Assembly: GCA_947073545.1 (NCBI GenBank)
Contig: CAMTMP010000008.1
Coordinates: 450-64,449 of the forward strand
Length of the DNA: 64,000 nucleotides
Direction of reading: 5' to 3'
Origin: an uncultured bacterium
Lineage (GTDB): Bacteria; Bacillota; Clostridia; Lachnospirales; Lachnospiraceae
In this document: in pieces, positions 1 to 8,619 of the stretch
How the letters are laid out: every line of letters starts with the position of its first letter
Numbering within the stretch: position 1 is the first letter of the stretch
Translations under genes and position numbers: made by a program
The notes under the pieces: generated by a model
What the model was told of the DNA's origin: nothing
The model's input: the letters and a program-made list of their open reading frames with translations, nothing else
Database searches by the model: none

Positions 1-1
1 G

Positions 2-907
2 CTTGGGGGTAAGCCCTATCTGACAGATTGCAATACCCTCTACGTGGGCAGCAGGAAGAATGCGCTGGATCATTTGGAGACGGCCTATGTGAACGGTTTT
101 TCCCCCTATCAGACAGGGTGCCATGTGATTATCGGAGACGGTCTTAAGGGAACGGATGAGACGCTGGTGCCCATCGACGGAGAGTATGTGAAAGAGGCAA
201 AAATCGGTCATGCGATCATGGACGCGGATGTGTTCATTTCCCTGACCCATTTTAAGGGGCATGAGATGGCAGGCTTTGGCGGAGCGCTCAAAAATATCGG
301 TATGGGCTGCGGTTCCAGAGCGGGAAAGATGGAGCAGCACTGCGACGGCAAGCCGGAGGTGGACCAGTCCCTATGTGTGGGCTGTGGCGCCTGCGACCGG
401 ATCTGCGCCCATGGCGCGCCTGTAATTGATAATGGCAAGGCGCAAATCGATCATGACAAATGCGTGGGCTGCGGCCGCTGTCTGGCGGTTTGTCCGAAAG
501 ATGCGATTTCCGCAAGTTTTGAGGACTCCATCGCCATGTTAAATTACAAGATGGCGGAGTACGCGTGGGCGGTCTGCAAAGATAAACCGTGTTTCCACGT
601 TTCCCTGATCTGCGATGTGTCGCCCAACTGTGACTGCCATGCGGAAAATGATATTCCGATTATCCCCAATGTGGGAATGCTGGCATCCTTCGACCCGGTG
701 GCGTTAGATCAGGCATGCGCCGATCTGTGTAATAAGATGGCTCCGGTGGAGGAGAGTGTGCTTGGTGAAAATCTGCACAGGCACGGCAATGAGGAGGGAC
801 ATGACCACTTCTTTATGACCCACCCGGATACGGAGTGGAAATCCTGCATCTCCCACGCGGTAAAGCTTGGGCTGGGAACGGATCAGTATGAGCTGGTGAC
901 GATCTGA
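2..907 (+). CDS. DUF362 family Fe-S protein with 2x[4Fe-4S] ferredoxin domain (5'-truncated by window edge)
   Basis: Frame is open from position 2 (LGGKPYLTDCNTLYVGSRKN). Contains THFKGHEMAGFGGALKNIGMG and two CxxCxxCxxxC motifs. Confidence 0.85.
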   Translation, partial: LGGKPYLTDCNTLYVGSRKNALDHLETAYVNGFSPYQTGCHVIIGDGLKGTDETLVPIDGEYVKEAKIGHAIMDADVFISLTHFKGHEMAGFGGALKNIGMGCGSRAGKMEQHCDGKPEVDQSLCVGCGACDRICAHGAPVIDNGKAQIDHDKCVGCGRCLAVCPKDAISASFEDSIAMLNYKMAEYAWAVCKDKPCFHVSLICDVSPNCDCHAENDIPIIPNVGMLASFDPVALDQACADLCNKMAPVEESVLGENLHRHGNEEGHDHFFMTHPDTEWKSCISHAVKLGLGTDQYELVTI

Positions 908-947
908 ATGTAATAATGCTTAGCAGAATGGGTCATTGAAACGAGAA

Positions 948-1526
948 ATGAAAATATTATTATTGTGTTTAAATGCTTTTGAGACAATGGAATTTAGTCC
1001 CTTTGTAGACGTTATTGGATGGGCACATGATGATTTTAATTGTGATGTAGCGATTGATATATGTGGATTCAATCGTACTATCGTAAGTACATTTGGAGTA
1101 TCTATAGCGGCAGATATTCTAATAGATGATGTTGATGTAGATCAATATGATGCGTTGGCTATACCGGGCGGCTTTGAAGAATATGGATTTTATAAGGAAG
1201 CGTACTGTGAAAAAACACTAAACTTAATTCGCTCTTTTCATTCACAGCATAAGCCCATTGCGTCAGTCTGTGCTGCTGCTTTTCTATTAGCTAAAAGTGG
1301 TGTATTAAAAAATAGAAAAGCGACCACATATCATTTACGAGGTGGATATAAGAGAGAGGAATTAAAAAATTTTGGAGTTGTACTCGGAGATGAATGGATC
1401 GTAGTTGATGATAATATCATAACATCTTCATGTCCGAAAACGGCTCCCGATGTCGCATTTCATTTATTAGAAATGCTTACATCACAGGAAAAGACCATGA
1501 AAGTCAGGAAAGCAATGGGGTATTAG
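948..1526 (+). CDS. DJ-1/PfpI family protein
   Basis: Motifs ETMEFSPF, YDALAIPGG and SVCAAAFLL (nucleophile-elbow Cys). ATG at 948. Visibly AT-richer than its neighbours. Confidence 0.85.
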   Translation: MKILLLCLNAFETMEFSPFVDVIGWAHDDFNCDVAIDICGFNRTIVSTFGVSIAADILIDDVDVDQYDALAIPGGFEEYGFYKEAYCEKTLNLIRSFHSQHKPIASVCAAAFLLAKSGVLKNRKATTYHLRGGYKREELKNFGVVLGDEWIVVDDNIITSSCPKTAPDVAFHLLEMLTSQEKTMKVRKAMGY

Positions 1527-1582
1527 AAACAAAACCTAAACAAAAACAGTTAATAGCAGCAAAATACGACGAGTTTACATGA

Positions 1583-1640
1583 CAAACGACCTCCGGCAGT
1601 CTACGGATAACGAGAATGCGCGGAGGTCGCTTTGTATTTT
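1583..1640 (+). terminator. Stem-loop with long loop, terminator-like
   Basis: caaacgacctccg (1583-1595) pairs with cggaggtcgctttg (1621-1634), followed by a T-tract. Lies between convergent genes. Confidence 0.5.
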
Positions 1641-1720
1641 TAAAAAAACAGTTTTTAAGACGATGCCTGGAGCATAATCACCTTTAATCGGCATGATGTC
1701 TAATTAGCAGATCAGTGCAG

Positions 1721-3145
1721 TTACCGTGCCTCGCCTGCGTGGGGAATATTGGTATGCTCCGAGATTTCCCGGCTGATTGTACACAGGTCATCCACCGATA
1801 GTCCGTGAATGTCTGAATGGCCGGTGATCCGTGCAAAGGTTTTTAACTCCTCAGCGGAACAACGCAGATAATTTTCCACCCGCTTTGCGGCGGCGTCGAT
1901 GTGCAGTCTTTCACGCAGCTTTTCATCCTGCGTGGCTACGCCGACCGGGCACATACCGCTGCCGCAGATACGGTATTGCTGGCATGCGGCGGCTACCATT
2001 GCCGCGGAAGCCACCGCGACGGCGTCCGCGCCCATGGCGATTGCTTTGGCAAAGTCGGCGGATACGCGCAGTCCCCCGGTGATGACAAGATCAATGTCCG
2101 CCCCTGCAGAGTCCAGATATTTTCTGGCACGGTAAAGCGCGTAGAGGGTCGGCACACTGGTGGAATCCCGGACAATGGCGGGGGATGCGCCCGTCGCGCC
2201 GCCCCTGCCGTCTATGGTGATGAAATCGGGGTTGGCGTAAACACAAAATTCCAGATCTCTCTCGATGCGTCCGGCGGCAATTTTGATTCCGATGGGCCGC
2301 CCTTCGCTTCTAGCGCGCAGTTCCTCCACCAGTCTCTTTAAATCATCCGCACTTTCTATGCCGGGAAATTTGGAGGGGCTGATCACGTCTTCACCCAGCG
2401 GCTTGTTTCTGATTTTCGCGATTTCCGGAGTTACCTTACTGCCCGGCAGATGGCCGCCCATGCCAGGCTTCGTGCCCTGTCCGATTTTGATTTCAATGGC
2501 GTCTGCGGTTTTCAGGTTCTCATCGGTAACGCTGTACTGATTCGGAACATATTCAAATATGTACTTGTAGGCCGCATCCTTTTCCTCCGGGAGAATGCCG
2601 CCTTCTCCGCTGCACATGGCGGTTTCCACAGCGGCGCTCCCCCTGGCCATCGCGATTTTCGTCTCCCGGGAGAGGGCGCCGAAGGACATGTGGGAGATAT
2701 AGACAGGCATGGCGAGCGTCATTGGTTTTTTCGCGCCCTTGCCTATCACGGTCTGTAAAGACACTTCGTCATGCTCGTTTAAAGGCATCGGGTTTAACTG
2801 CGCGCCCAGAATCAGCACGTCGTCCCAGCCCGGCATTTTCATCTGTGTGCCCATGGCCTCTATTGCAGATTTCCCGGTAACGGCCATCTCGTGGATCTCT
2901 TTCATATAGCGGTAATCACTGTCGGTCCTTCGTGTTTCCACAGGGTAGTTTAAGTCCATATTCCCGGCGGCTGTCTGCGCGGAGAGAGCCGCCGCTTCCG
3001 GGCAGGTAGCAGGCTTTTTGGATTCCTGTGCATGAAATTTCTCCGGTGGCTGCTTACAGACGGGACATGCCGTCAGATCGGAGAAGGGTTTGCCTTCCTT
3101 TTCCTCGTCGTATTCGTATCCACAAATACTGCATTTGTAAATCAT
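1721..3145 (-). CDS. Rubredoxin domain fused to FMN-binding glutamate synthase (GltB2-like) protein
   Basis: N-terminal CSICG...CPVC, then SHMSFGALS, SGEGG, EIKIGQGTKPGMGGHLPG and CQQYRICGSGMCPVGVATQ. GGAGG RBS precedes the ATG at 3145. Confidence 0.85.
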   Translation of the reverse strand: MIYKCSICGYEYDEEKEGKPFSDLTACPVCKQPPEKFHAQESKKPATCPEAAALSAQTAAGNMDLNYPVETRRTDSDYRYMKEIHEMAVTGKSAIEAMGTQMKMPGWDDVLILGAQLNPMPLNEHDEVSLQTVIGKGAKKPMTLAMPVYISHMSFGALSRETKIAMARGSAAVETAMCSGEGGILPEEKDAAYKYIFEYVPNQYSVTDENLKTADAIEIKIGQGTKPGMGGHLPGSKVTPEIAKIRNKPLGEDVISPSKFPGIESADDLKRLVEELRARSEGRPIGIKIAAGRIERDLEFCVYANPDFITIDGRGGATGASPAIVRDSTSVPTLYALYRARKYLDSAGADIDLVITGGLRVSADFAKAIAMGADAVAVASAAMVAAACQQYRICGSGMCPVGVATQDEKLRERLHIDAAAKRVENYLRCSAEELKTFARITGHSDIHGLSVDDLCTISREISEHTNIPHAGEAR

Positions 3146-3199
3146 TGCAAAGTCCTCCTTTGTAGTTTTCCTCATTTTTGGAAAGATCAGGTGTCAAAA

Positions 3200-3242
3200 T
3201 TAGAATTATTCTAATTATATTATATATTTTGACGTTTGTCGA
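3200..3242 (-). promoter_or_regulatory. SigA-like promoter with a 7-1-7 Fur/PerR-type palindrome
   Basis: Minus strand TCGACA (3242-3237), 17 bp spacer, TATAAT (3219-3214). Palindrome TTAGAAT-T-ATTCTAA at 3200-3214. Confidence 0.55.
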
Positions 3243-3281
3243 GGAAAAGACTTGGTGGAACAGAGACGGAGAATGCCGGCA

Positions 3282-3968
3282 TTATCTTGCCGGCATCTTG
3301 AAGTCCGCGAGCGCGCGGTTTAAATAATCATTAAAAGGTTTCATCGCCTCAAAAATCTGCACCATTTTCGGCAGGAATGTGCCGATCTCAAGGAGATCCT
3401 GATCGTTTACCGGGTATTCGAGATACCAGCTCTTATATTTCAGGTATTCGGCCTGCGGGTGCTCTTTGTCATATCCGTCGGGCACATTTTTGAGAGCCGT
3501 TCCCTGTACCGTAAAATATTTCGTAAAAGCGTCCGCGTGAATGATCTGCTCCCACTCGTCGGGATGCGTTGCGATATAGCCCCGGATCATGGCAGTGGCG
3601 TCCTTAAACATGTCGGCAAAAAGCCCGCCGCCAAGGAAAGATTCATTGCCGGGTTTTATCATCAGATAATATCCGACCGGAACAGGCAGCTTTCCCATGG
3701 CGCCGATATGGGCGCGGAAGGCGGGATTGTAGGGTGATTTGTCGTGGCTGAAACGGGTGTCCCGCACCAGCTTGAAGGTAAGGTCTTTCGGCACATTTTG
3801 GAGGATGCTGCTGTCTGTTTGGCCGATCGCCAGAATCAATTCCTGTACAAGCGCCTCAAACTGCGCATTTGCCTCCTTGTAGTCTGTCTTGTGCTGATGA
3901 TACCACTCCCGGTTGTTGTTTTCTTTTAATGCAGTTAAGTATTTGAAGATCAGTTCCGTGCTCATCAT
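3282..3968 (-). CDS. DUF2461 family protein
   Basis: LKENNNREWY and RDTRFSHDKSPYN motifs. GGAGG RBS before the ATG at 3968/3965. Confidence 0.85.
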   Translation of the reverse strand: MMSTELIFKYLTALKENNNREWYHQHKTDYKEANAQFEALVQELILAIGQTDSSILQNVPKDLTFKLVRDTRFSHDKSPYNPAFRAHIGAMGKLPVPVGYYLMIKPGNESFLGGGLFADMFKDATAMIRGYIATHPDEWEQIIHADAFTKYFTVQGTALKNVPDGYDKEHPQAEYLKYKSWYLEYPVNDQDLLEIGTFLPKMVQIFEAMKPFNDYLNRALADFKMPAR

Positions 3969-4084
3969 TTCCTCCAATTCCTTCCGGGCACAGATAAAAT
4001 GAGAAAGGTGCTTTCTCACGTAATAATGTGGGCTTACATGTTTCTTCTGTGCCGGAACTTTTTTTCTTGTGCGTTATTTTCACA

Positions 4085-4933
4085 TTATGCATTTTTTATG
4101 ACCGACAAAGAGGTTGAGGCCAGAAAATCTCTCATAAACTGTCTGGTCTGCTCCGGGGTCGCATAGAGTCTGGCAAAGGAAAAATGCTGTGCCAGATCAT
4201 CGATCTCTTCCATGGCTTCCTTCACATTAAGTATGGTTTGTCTCGCAATTTCCTGCGCGGCGGTGTAGTCTTGATGGGACGGATGGATTCTGTGATTTTG
4301 AATCGCATAATTGATCCGGTTTGCGCATCGGCATGTTCCATTTCCGTACGCGCCACAGTATTCACTTAGGAAATCCGCCATCTTTTTGCGGACACGGGAG
4401 AGCCGCTGCCGGTATGCTTCCGGTGAAATCTCTAAAATTTCTCCGGCTATGCGGCTGTCTGCCTGAAACATGGTCCCAAGCACGAAAACCAGACGGCTGT
4501 CTGTATCGAGACATTGCAGCATCACATTGGTGCAGGACAATTTCAGTTCTTCCGCAAGAACAGTCTTTTCCACATTCTGCGTCAAATCCGGCACGTCGTG
4601 GATGCTGCCGTTTTTGATATCCTCCCCATAAAACTCGAAACTGAGAGGATGTTTTGCAAACATATGCTTTTTGTAGTTTTTCAGATGGTTCACTGCAATG
4701 CGGAATACCCATGTCGAAAAGGCGCTTTCATTTTTGAAGGAAGAAAGATGGGCGATGACCTTCAACAGGATATCCTGCGTCGCGTCCTCCGCGTCGGCAA
4801 AGGTGCCTAACATGCGCAGGGATAGGTTAAAGACCAGATCCTGCACGCTTGAGATAACGGTTTCCAGAGCCTCCCGGTCTCCGGCGGTGGCTTTTTCCAC
4901 CAAAGTAAATAATTCTTCTGTATTTTTGTCCAT
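4085..4933 (-). CDS. ECF-type RNA polymerase sigma factor with Cys-containing C-terminal extension
   Basis: Region 2 (AEDATQDILLKV, AFSTWVFRIAVN) and region 4 HTH (EISPEAYRQRLSRVR). Extension EYCGAYGNGTCRC. GGAGG RBS. Confidence 0.85.
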   Translation of the reverse strand: MDKNTEELFTLVEKATAGDREALETVISSVQDLVFNLSLRMLGTFADAEDATQDILLKVIAHLSSFKNESAFSTWVFRIAVNHLKNYKKHMFAKHPLSFEFYGEDIKNGSIHDVPDLTQNVEKTVLAEELKLSCTNVMLQCLDTDSRLVFVLGTMFQADSRIAGEILEISPEAYRQRLSRVRKKMADFLSEYCGAYGNGTCRCANRINYAIQNHRIHPSHQDYTAAQEIARQTILNVKEAMEEIDDLAQHFSFARLYATPEQTRQFMRDFLASTSLSVIKNA

Positions 4934-4950
4934 GAATTTTACCTCCTATA

Positions 4951-4982
4951 GTATTAGACAAGGCTGCGGGACTTTTGTGACA
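4951..4982 (-). promoter_or_regulatory. Putative ECF-type autoregulatory promoter
   Basis: Minus strand TGTCACA-N15-TGTCTAATA directly upstream of the sigma gene RBS. Confidence 0.4.
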
Positions 4983-5192
4983 TATTATTTTTACTAATCG
5001 TACACCAGATGGCGGAGTTTGTATACAAAGCGTTGGCTGATTGGGGGAAATTTACGGCTGTCTTTTCCATTTATGACAAAAATAGGGCTGTTAACGCCGG
5101 AAGAACTTTAGAAAAAGGAAGGATATACCGAAATAAAAAGCAACAGAGAGAAATTAAGATATGTAGTCACATTTCGTAGAGAAAGGCGGTTA

Positions 5193-5810
5193 TTGTTTAT
5201 GAATATTTCATGGGATCAGACCAGCAGTATTTTGCGCAGAATGAACACCGCGGGAATGTTAAAGAGTACACAGGACAGGCTGGAGCGGCAGGAAGAGACG
5301 CAAAAGCAGGTGGATTTTTTTGAGAAGCAGAAAGAAAATTTGAAAAATGTCTCCTGTGAAAGTGTGGAGGAAATCGCTGAAAAGCTGAAAATGTTCCAGT
5401 CCTACGAGGATCAGATTTCATCCATAAAGGCGGCTTACAATCAGGAGCAGATGTTCCATATTCTGGATGAGTCCACAGAGCAGGGCGAGAAGATTGCGGA
5501 AGCGGTCGAGGATTCGAAACCCAAGACACCGGAAGAGCGTCTGGAAGAGATGGCCGAGGAAGCGCTTGGCATCGAGGATGGCGGCGAACTCGAGGAGGCT
5601 ATGGAAGAACTCGAGGAAGTAGTCGAGGAGCTGACCGAGGAACTGGTAGAGGAGACAACAGAGGAGCTTGCGGAAGCACTGCCTGAGAATGCGGAACTTT
5701 CTGATAAAGAAGTTGCCAAGGCGGCTGCCGCGGCAGAGGCGGCGGAACAGGAGACCGAGAACGCGGTGGGAATACCCGAGGGGTATATGCCGTTTGATGT
5801 GCGATTATGA
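5193..5810 (+). CDS. Hypothetical protein, coiled-coil N-terminus and highly acidic C-terminus
   Basis: Long Glu-rich ORF with host-like codons. No family recognised and start uncertain. Confidence 0.65.
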   Translation: MFMNISWDQTSSILRRMNTAGMLKSTQDRLERQEETQKQVDFFEKQKENLKNVSCESVEEIAEKLKMFQSYEDQISSIKAAYNQEQMFHILDESTEQGEKIAEAVEDSKPKTPEERLEEMAEEALGIEDGGELEEAMEELEEVVEELTEELVEETTEELAEALPENAELSDKEVAKAAAAAEAAEQETENAVGIPEGYMPFDVRL

Positions 5811-5906
5811 TTTCTTCGTTGATTTCGAGGCATGTGAGCAATCTTGTTATTGATCGGTTACCGCCTTTTCGCAGTTTTTAGCGCGCCGCGGTTTGTGAGG
5901 AAAGGA

Positions 5907-5936
5907 AAAGGGACGGTTTTTGAAAACCGTCCCTTT
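5907..5936. repeat. Perfect 14-bp inverted repeat (terminator or REP-like)
   Basis: aaagggacggtttt-tg-aaaaccgtcccttt, between convergent genes. Confidence 0.6.
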
Positions 5937-6015
5937 GATACGTTACAGGAAGCAGTGTTACATGTATTTGGACGGGAGCCGAAGGTTACTTACCGGCTCG
6001 GGATCATGTGAGAAG

Positions 6016-7548
6016 TCAAAGAAACAGTTCCACGACTTTTGTCGCCACCGTCTCCCGAAACCGCACGTCATGTTCCACAAAGAGAAGCGTTGGCTCATAT
6101 TCCAAAAGCAGTTTCTCGATCTGCATCCGGGAGAAAACGTCGATATAGTTTAAGGGTTCATCCCATATGTATAGGTGTGCGGGAGTCAGCAGACTTGCCG
6201 CCAACAGTACCTTTTTCTTTTGCCCTTCCGAGTAGTCTTCCATGTTTTTGGCAAACTGTACCCGCTCAAAGTCAAGCTGCCGTAGGACGGCGCAGAACAG
6301 GCTTTGATCCAGATTCCGCTTTTTACACAGATCGGCAATGCTGCCTGTCAAGCCGGAAGTATCCTGACTGACATAGGAGATCACAAGCCCCGAAGCGGTC
6401 TCACAGACGCCTTCCTCTGTGAACAGCATACCAAAATTCTGAAATCCCGCTCTTTCCAGAATCACTTTTATGAGAGTCGACTTTCCGCATCCGTTTCCGC
6501 CGTGCAGCGCAACGCGGTCTCCCCGCTGTATTTCAAAGGTTATGCCGGTAAAAACGGGATGCGGTGAACCTGCATACTGCAGACGATAATCCCGGATAGC
6601 CACAAGCCTGTCTTTGTGGTGGGAGAGGGGCATCAGCTTTAGATCCACGGTCTTTTCTAAATCCTGAAGGAGCCCTTCCTTCTCCTCGATCTCCCGGTCA
6701 ATTCTTTTGGACATCTGAGTGACCCGGCTCTGCATTTTCTTGGTTTTTGTACCGATATAAGCTCTTGTGCCCTTGCATCGGTCATGCTCTTTGATGGGGT
6801 CATAACCGATCTTGGTGGCTTCGTTTTTGTCCGCCCACTCCGCGGTGCGTCTGGCTGCCTGCCGCAGTTTTCCGATTTCTTTCAAATGCTTCTCATTTTC
6901 CGCGATGACGAACTGGTCTTTCCGCTGTTTGTTTTCCCACCATATGCTGAAATTGCCGCTTAATACTTCAATGGTCTGCCTGTTTAACACGAGGACATGG
7001 TCGATGCATGAGTCCAGCAGATCTCTGTCGTGGGATACGAGAATAAAGCCTTTCTTGGAAGCCAGATAGTGTTTCACGATTTCTCTTGCGCCTTGATCCA
7101 GATGGTTTGTCGGCTCGTCAATCAGCAGAAAATCATTTTCACCGGAGAACAGAATGGACAGAAGAATCTTCGTCTGCTCTCCGAAACTCAACGTTTCAAA
7201 AGGGCGGTAAAGAATTTCCGCATCCTCGTTAAGTTGTGCCAGTTCGCAGATTACCCGCCACTCCTCACATCCTCCTTTTAACTCTTCCAGAAAAGCGGAG
7301 GCGGGAAGCTGCGCCTGCGTTTTCGTGACGGCATAAGGAAAGTAATCAAAGGCGGCGGACGCGCTGATGGAACCCTGATAAGAATAGTTCCCTGTCAGCA
7401 GGCGCAGAAAAGTCGTTTTGCCTTTGCCGTTTCTGCCGATAAAGCCCAGTTTCCAGTCGGTATCAATGGAAAAGGAGACGTTTTCAAAGATATTGTCAAA
7501 GCTACCTTCGTAGGAAAACGTCAGATTCGTAACATTTATTTGTGACAT
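6016..7548 (-). CDS. ABC-F ribosomal protection protein, Lsa/CplR-like
   Basis: MSQINVTNLTFSYEGSFDNIFENVSFSIDTDWKLGFIGRNGKGKTT. Two NBDs (GGNGCGKST, DEPTNHLD, DEPLNYID), an interdomain linker and no TM segments. Start at 7548 or 7554. Confidence 0.85.
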   Translation of the reverse strand: MSQINVTNLTFSYEGSFDNIFENVSFSIDTDWKLGFIGRNGKGKTTFLRLLTGNYSYQGSISASAAFDYFPYAVTKTQAQLPASAFLEELKGGCEEWRVICELAQLNEDAEILYRPFETLSFGEQTKILLSILFSGENDFLLIDEPTNHLDQGAREIVKHYLASKKGFILVSHDRDLLDSCIDHVLVLNRQTIEVLSGNFSIWWENKQRKDQFVIAENEKHLKEIGKLRQAARRTAEWADKNEATKIGYDPIKEHDRCKGTRAYIGTKTKKMQSRVTQMSKRIDREIEEKEGLLQDLEKTVDLKLMPLSHHKDRLVAIRDYRLQYAGSPHPVFTGITFEIQRGDRVALHGGNGCGKSTLIKVILERAGFQNFGMLFTEEGVCETASGLVISYVSQDTSGLTGSIADLCKKRNLDQSLFCAVLRQLDFERVQFAKNMEDYSEGQKKKVLLAASLLTPAHLYIWDEPLNYIDVFSRMQIEKLLLEYEPTLLFVEHDVRFRETVATKVVELFL

Positions 7549-7617
7549 ATACATCTCTCCCTTCGCAAATGGCCGCCAGAGGCGGAGGCGTGTTCTGGAT
7601 ACCGTATATGTCGGCAA

Positions 7618-7650
7618 TAAAAAAGAACCCTCCGCCGCCGGAAAGTTCTC
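7618..7650 (-). terminator. Intrinsic terminator within the ABC-F 5' leader (attenuator)
   Basis: Minus strand agaactttccg-gcgg-cggagggttct followed by a T-run, about 70 nt upstream of the start codon. Confidence 0.7.
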
Positions 7651-7815
7651 TCACATGCGTAACCGTCTCCATGGGAAGTGTAGCTTAGCGAATGCATCAA
7701 AAGGCGGCGCACACAAAAAGAGAGGCGGTGAGAACATAATCCACTTCTGGCGGCACGAAAACGGTACGGAACAAAATGTCCGTACAGCGATAACCTTCAT
7801 GCAATCAAAAGTAGA

Positions 7816-7827
7816 TTATTTCGTCAT
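7816..7827 (-). CDS. Leader uORF Met-Thr-Lys-stop
   Basis: Minus strand gagaggtgaaagt ATG ACG AAA TAA: strong SD about 30 nt downstream of the -10 hexamer. Confidence 0.65.
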   Translation of the reverse strand: MTK

Positions 7828-7857
7828 ACTTTCACCTCTCTCTTTTAAGATAGGAGT

Positions 7858-7886
7858 ATTCTAACACTGTGCCGGTCTTTTGTCAA
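7858..7886 (-). promoter_or_regulatory. SigA promoter of the ABC-F gene
   Basis: TTGACA (7886-7881), 17 bp spacer, TAGAAT (7863-7858). Confidence 0.8.
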
Positions 7887-8065
7887 ACCTGTTATTTCTG
7901 CCTGCAAATCTGTTTCATAGATATGACGAGGAACAGAATCATGTTTGGCTATGAGATAAGTGTATTTTTATCTGACGGATATCGGGAAATAGAATGGTGT
8001 TATATTCCCATATGGTAGGATTGAAACAGTAATCAGAAATAGTAACAGGAAAAGGATTTCCCGCT

Positions 8066-8094
8066 TGCGCATTGGCGGGTGGAATATTATAATG
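8066..8094 (+). promoter_or_regulatory. SigA-like promoter of the cupin-aminopeptidase genes
   Basis: TTGCGC-N17-TATAAT upstream of the GGAGG RBS. Coordinates approximate. Confidence 0.5.
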
Positions 8095-8138
8095 TATTTA
8101 CAATAACGAAAGCGTGATATTTCGGAACGGAGGAACTT

Positions 8139-8468
8139 ATGATTTTAAATTTTGACACAATTGAGGAACAGGTGATCCCCAATTTTAAGGGTGGGGAGAA
8201 AGCGTTTCGGACGCATATCTACACGGACGAAGCATGCAAAATTATGCGTGCGTCCTTAGAGCCTGGCGCAAGTATCGGACTGCATACCCATGAGACGGAC
8301 AGTGAAGTTGTTTTTATGTTGAAGGGAACGGGCGTGGTTATCAGCGATGGCGAGAAGGAAATTCTGCCCGTGGGGAGCTGCCATTACTGCCCGAAGGGAC
8401 ACAGCCACAGTCTGCGCAATGAGAGCGAAGAGGTAATCGAGTTCTACGCGGTGGTGCCGAAAGCGTGA
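8139..8468 (+). CDS. Cupin domain protein
   Basis: GLHTHETDSEVVFMLKGTG and CPKGHSHSLRN cupin motifs. GGAGG RBS. Confidence 0.9.
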   Translation: MILNFDTIEEQVIPNFKGGEKAFRTHIYTDEACKIMRASLEPGASIGLHTHETDSEVVFMLKGTGVVISDGEKEILPVGSCHYCPKGHSHSLRNESEEVIEFYAVVPKA

Positions 8469-8619
8469 AAGATGCGGAAGGTATTTCTAAAGGCGTTTTG
8501 AGCGAGAGCTGTTGTGGGCGTATTGGAGAAATCCGTTGATCCGCCGGGTAGAATAAGCGGGCGGAGACTGATATAAAGCGAAAAACATGCGCTGTGCAGA
8601 GCGCGGAAATGAGGTGGGT

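Noticed and set aside
5107-5134. Sigma-28 promoter upstream of the acidic protein
   Set aside because: The match (TTTA-N16-ACCGAAAT) is too degenerate to support.
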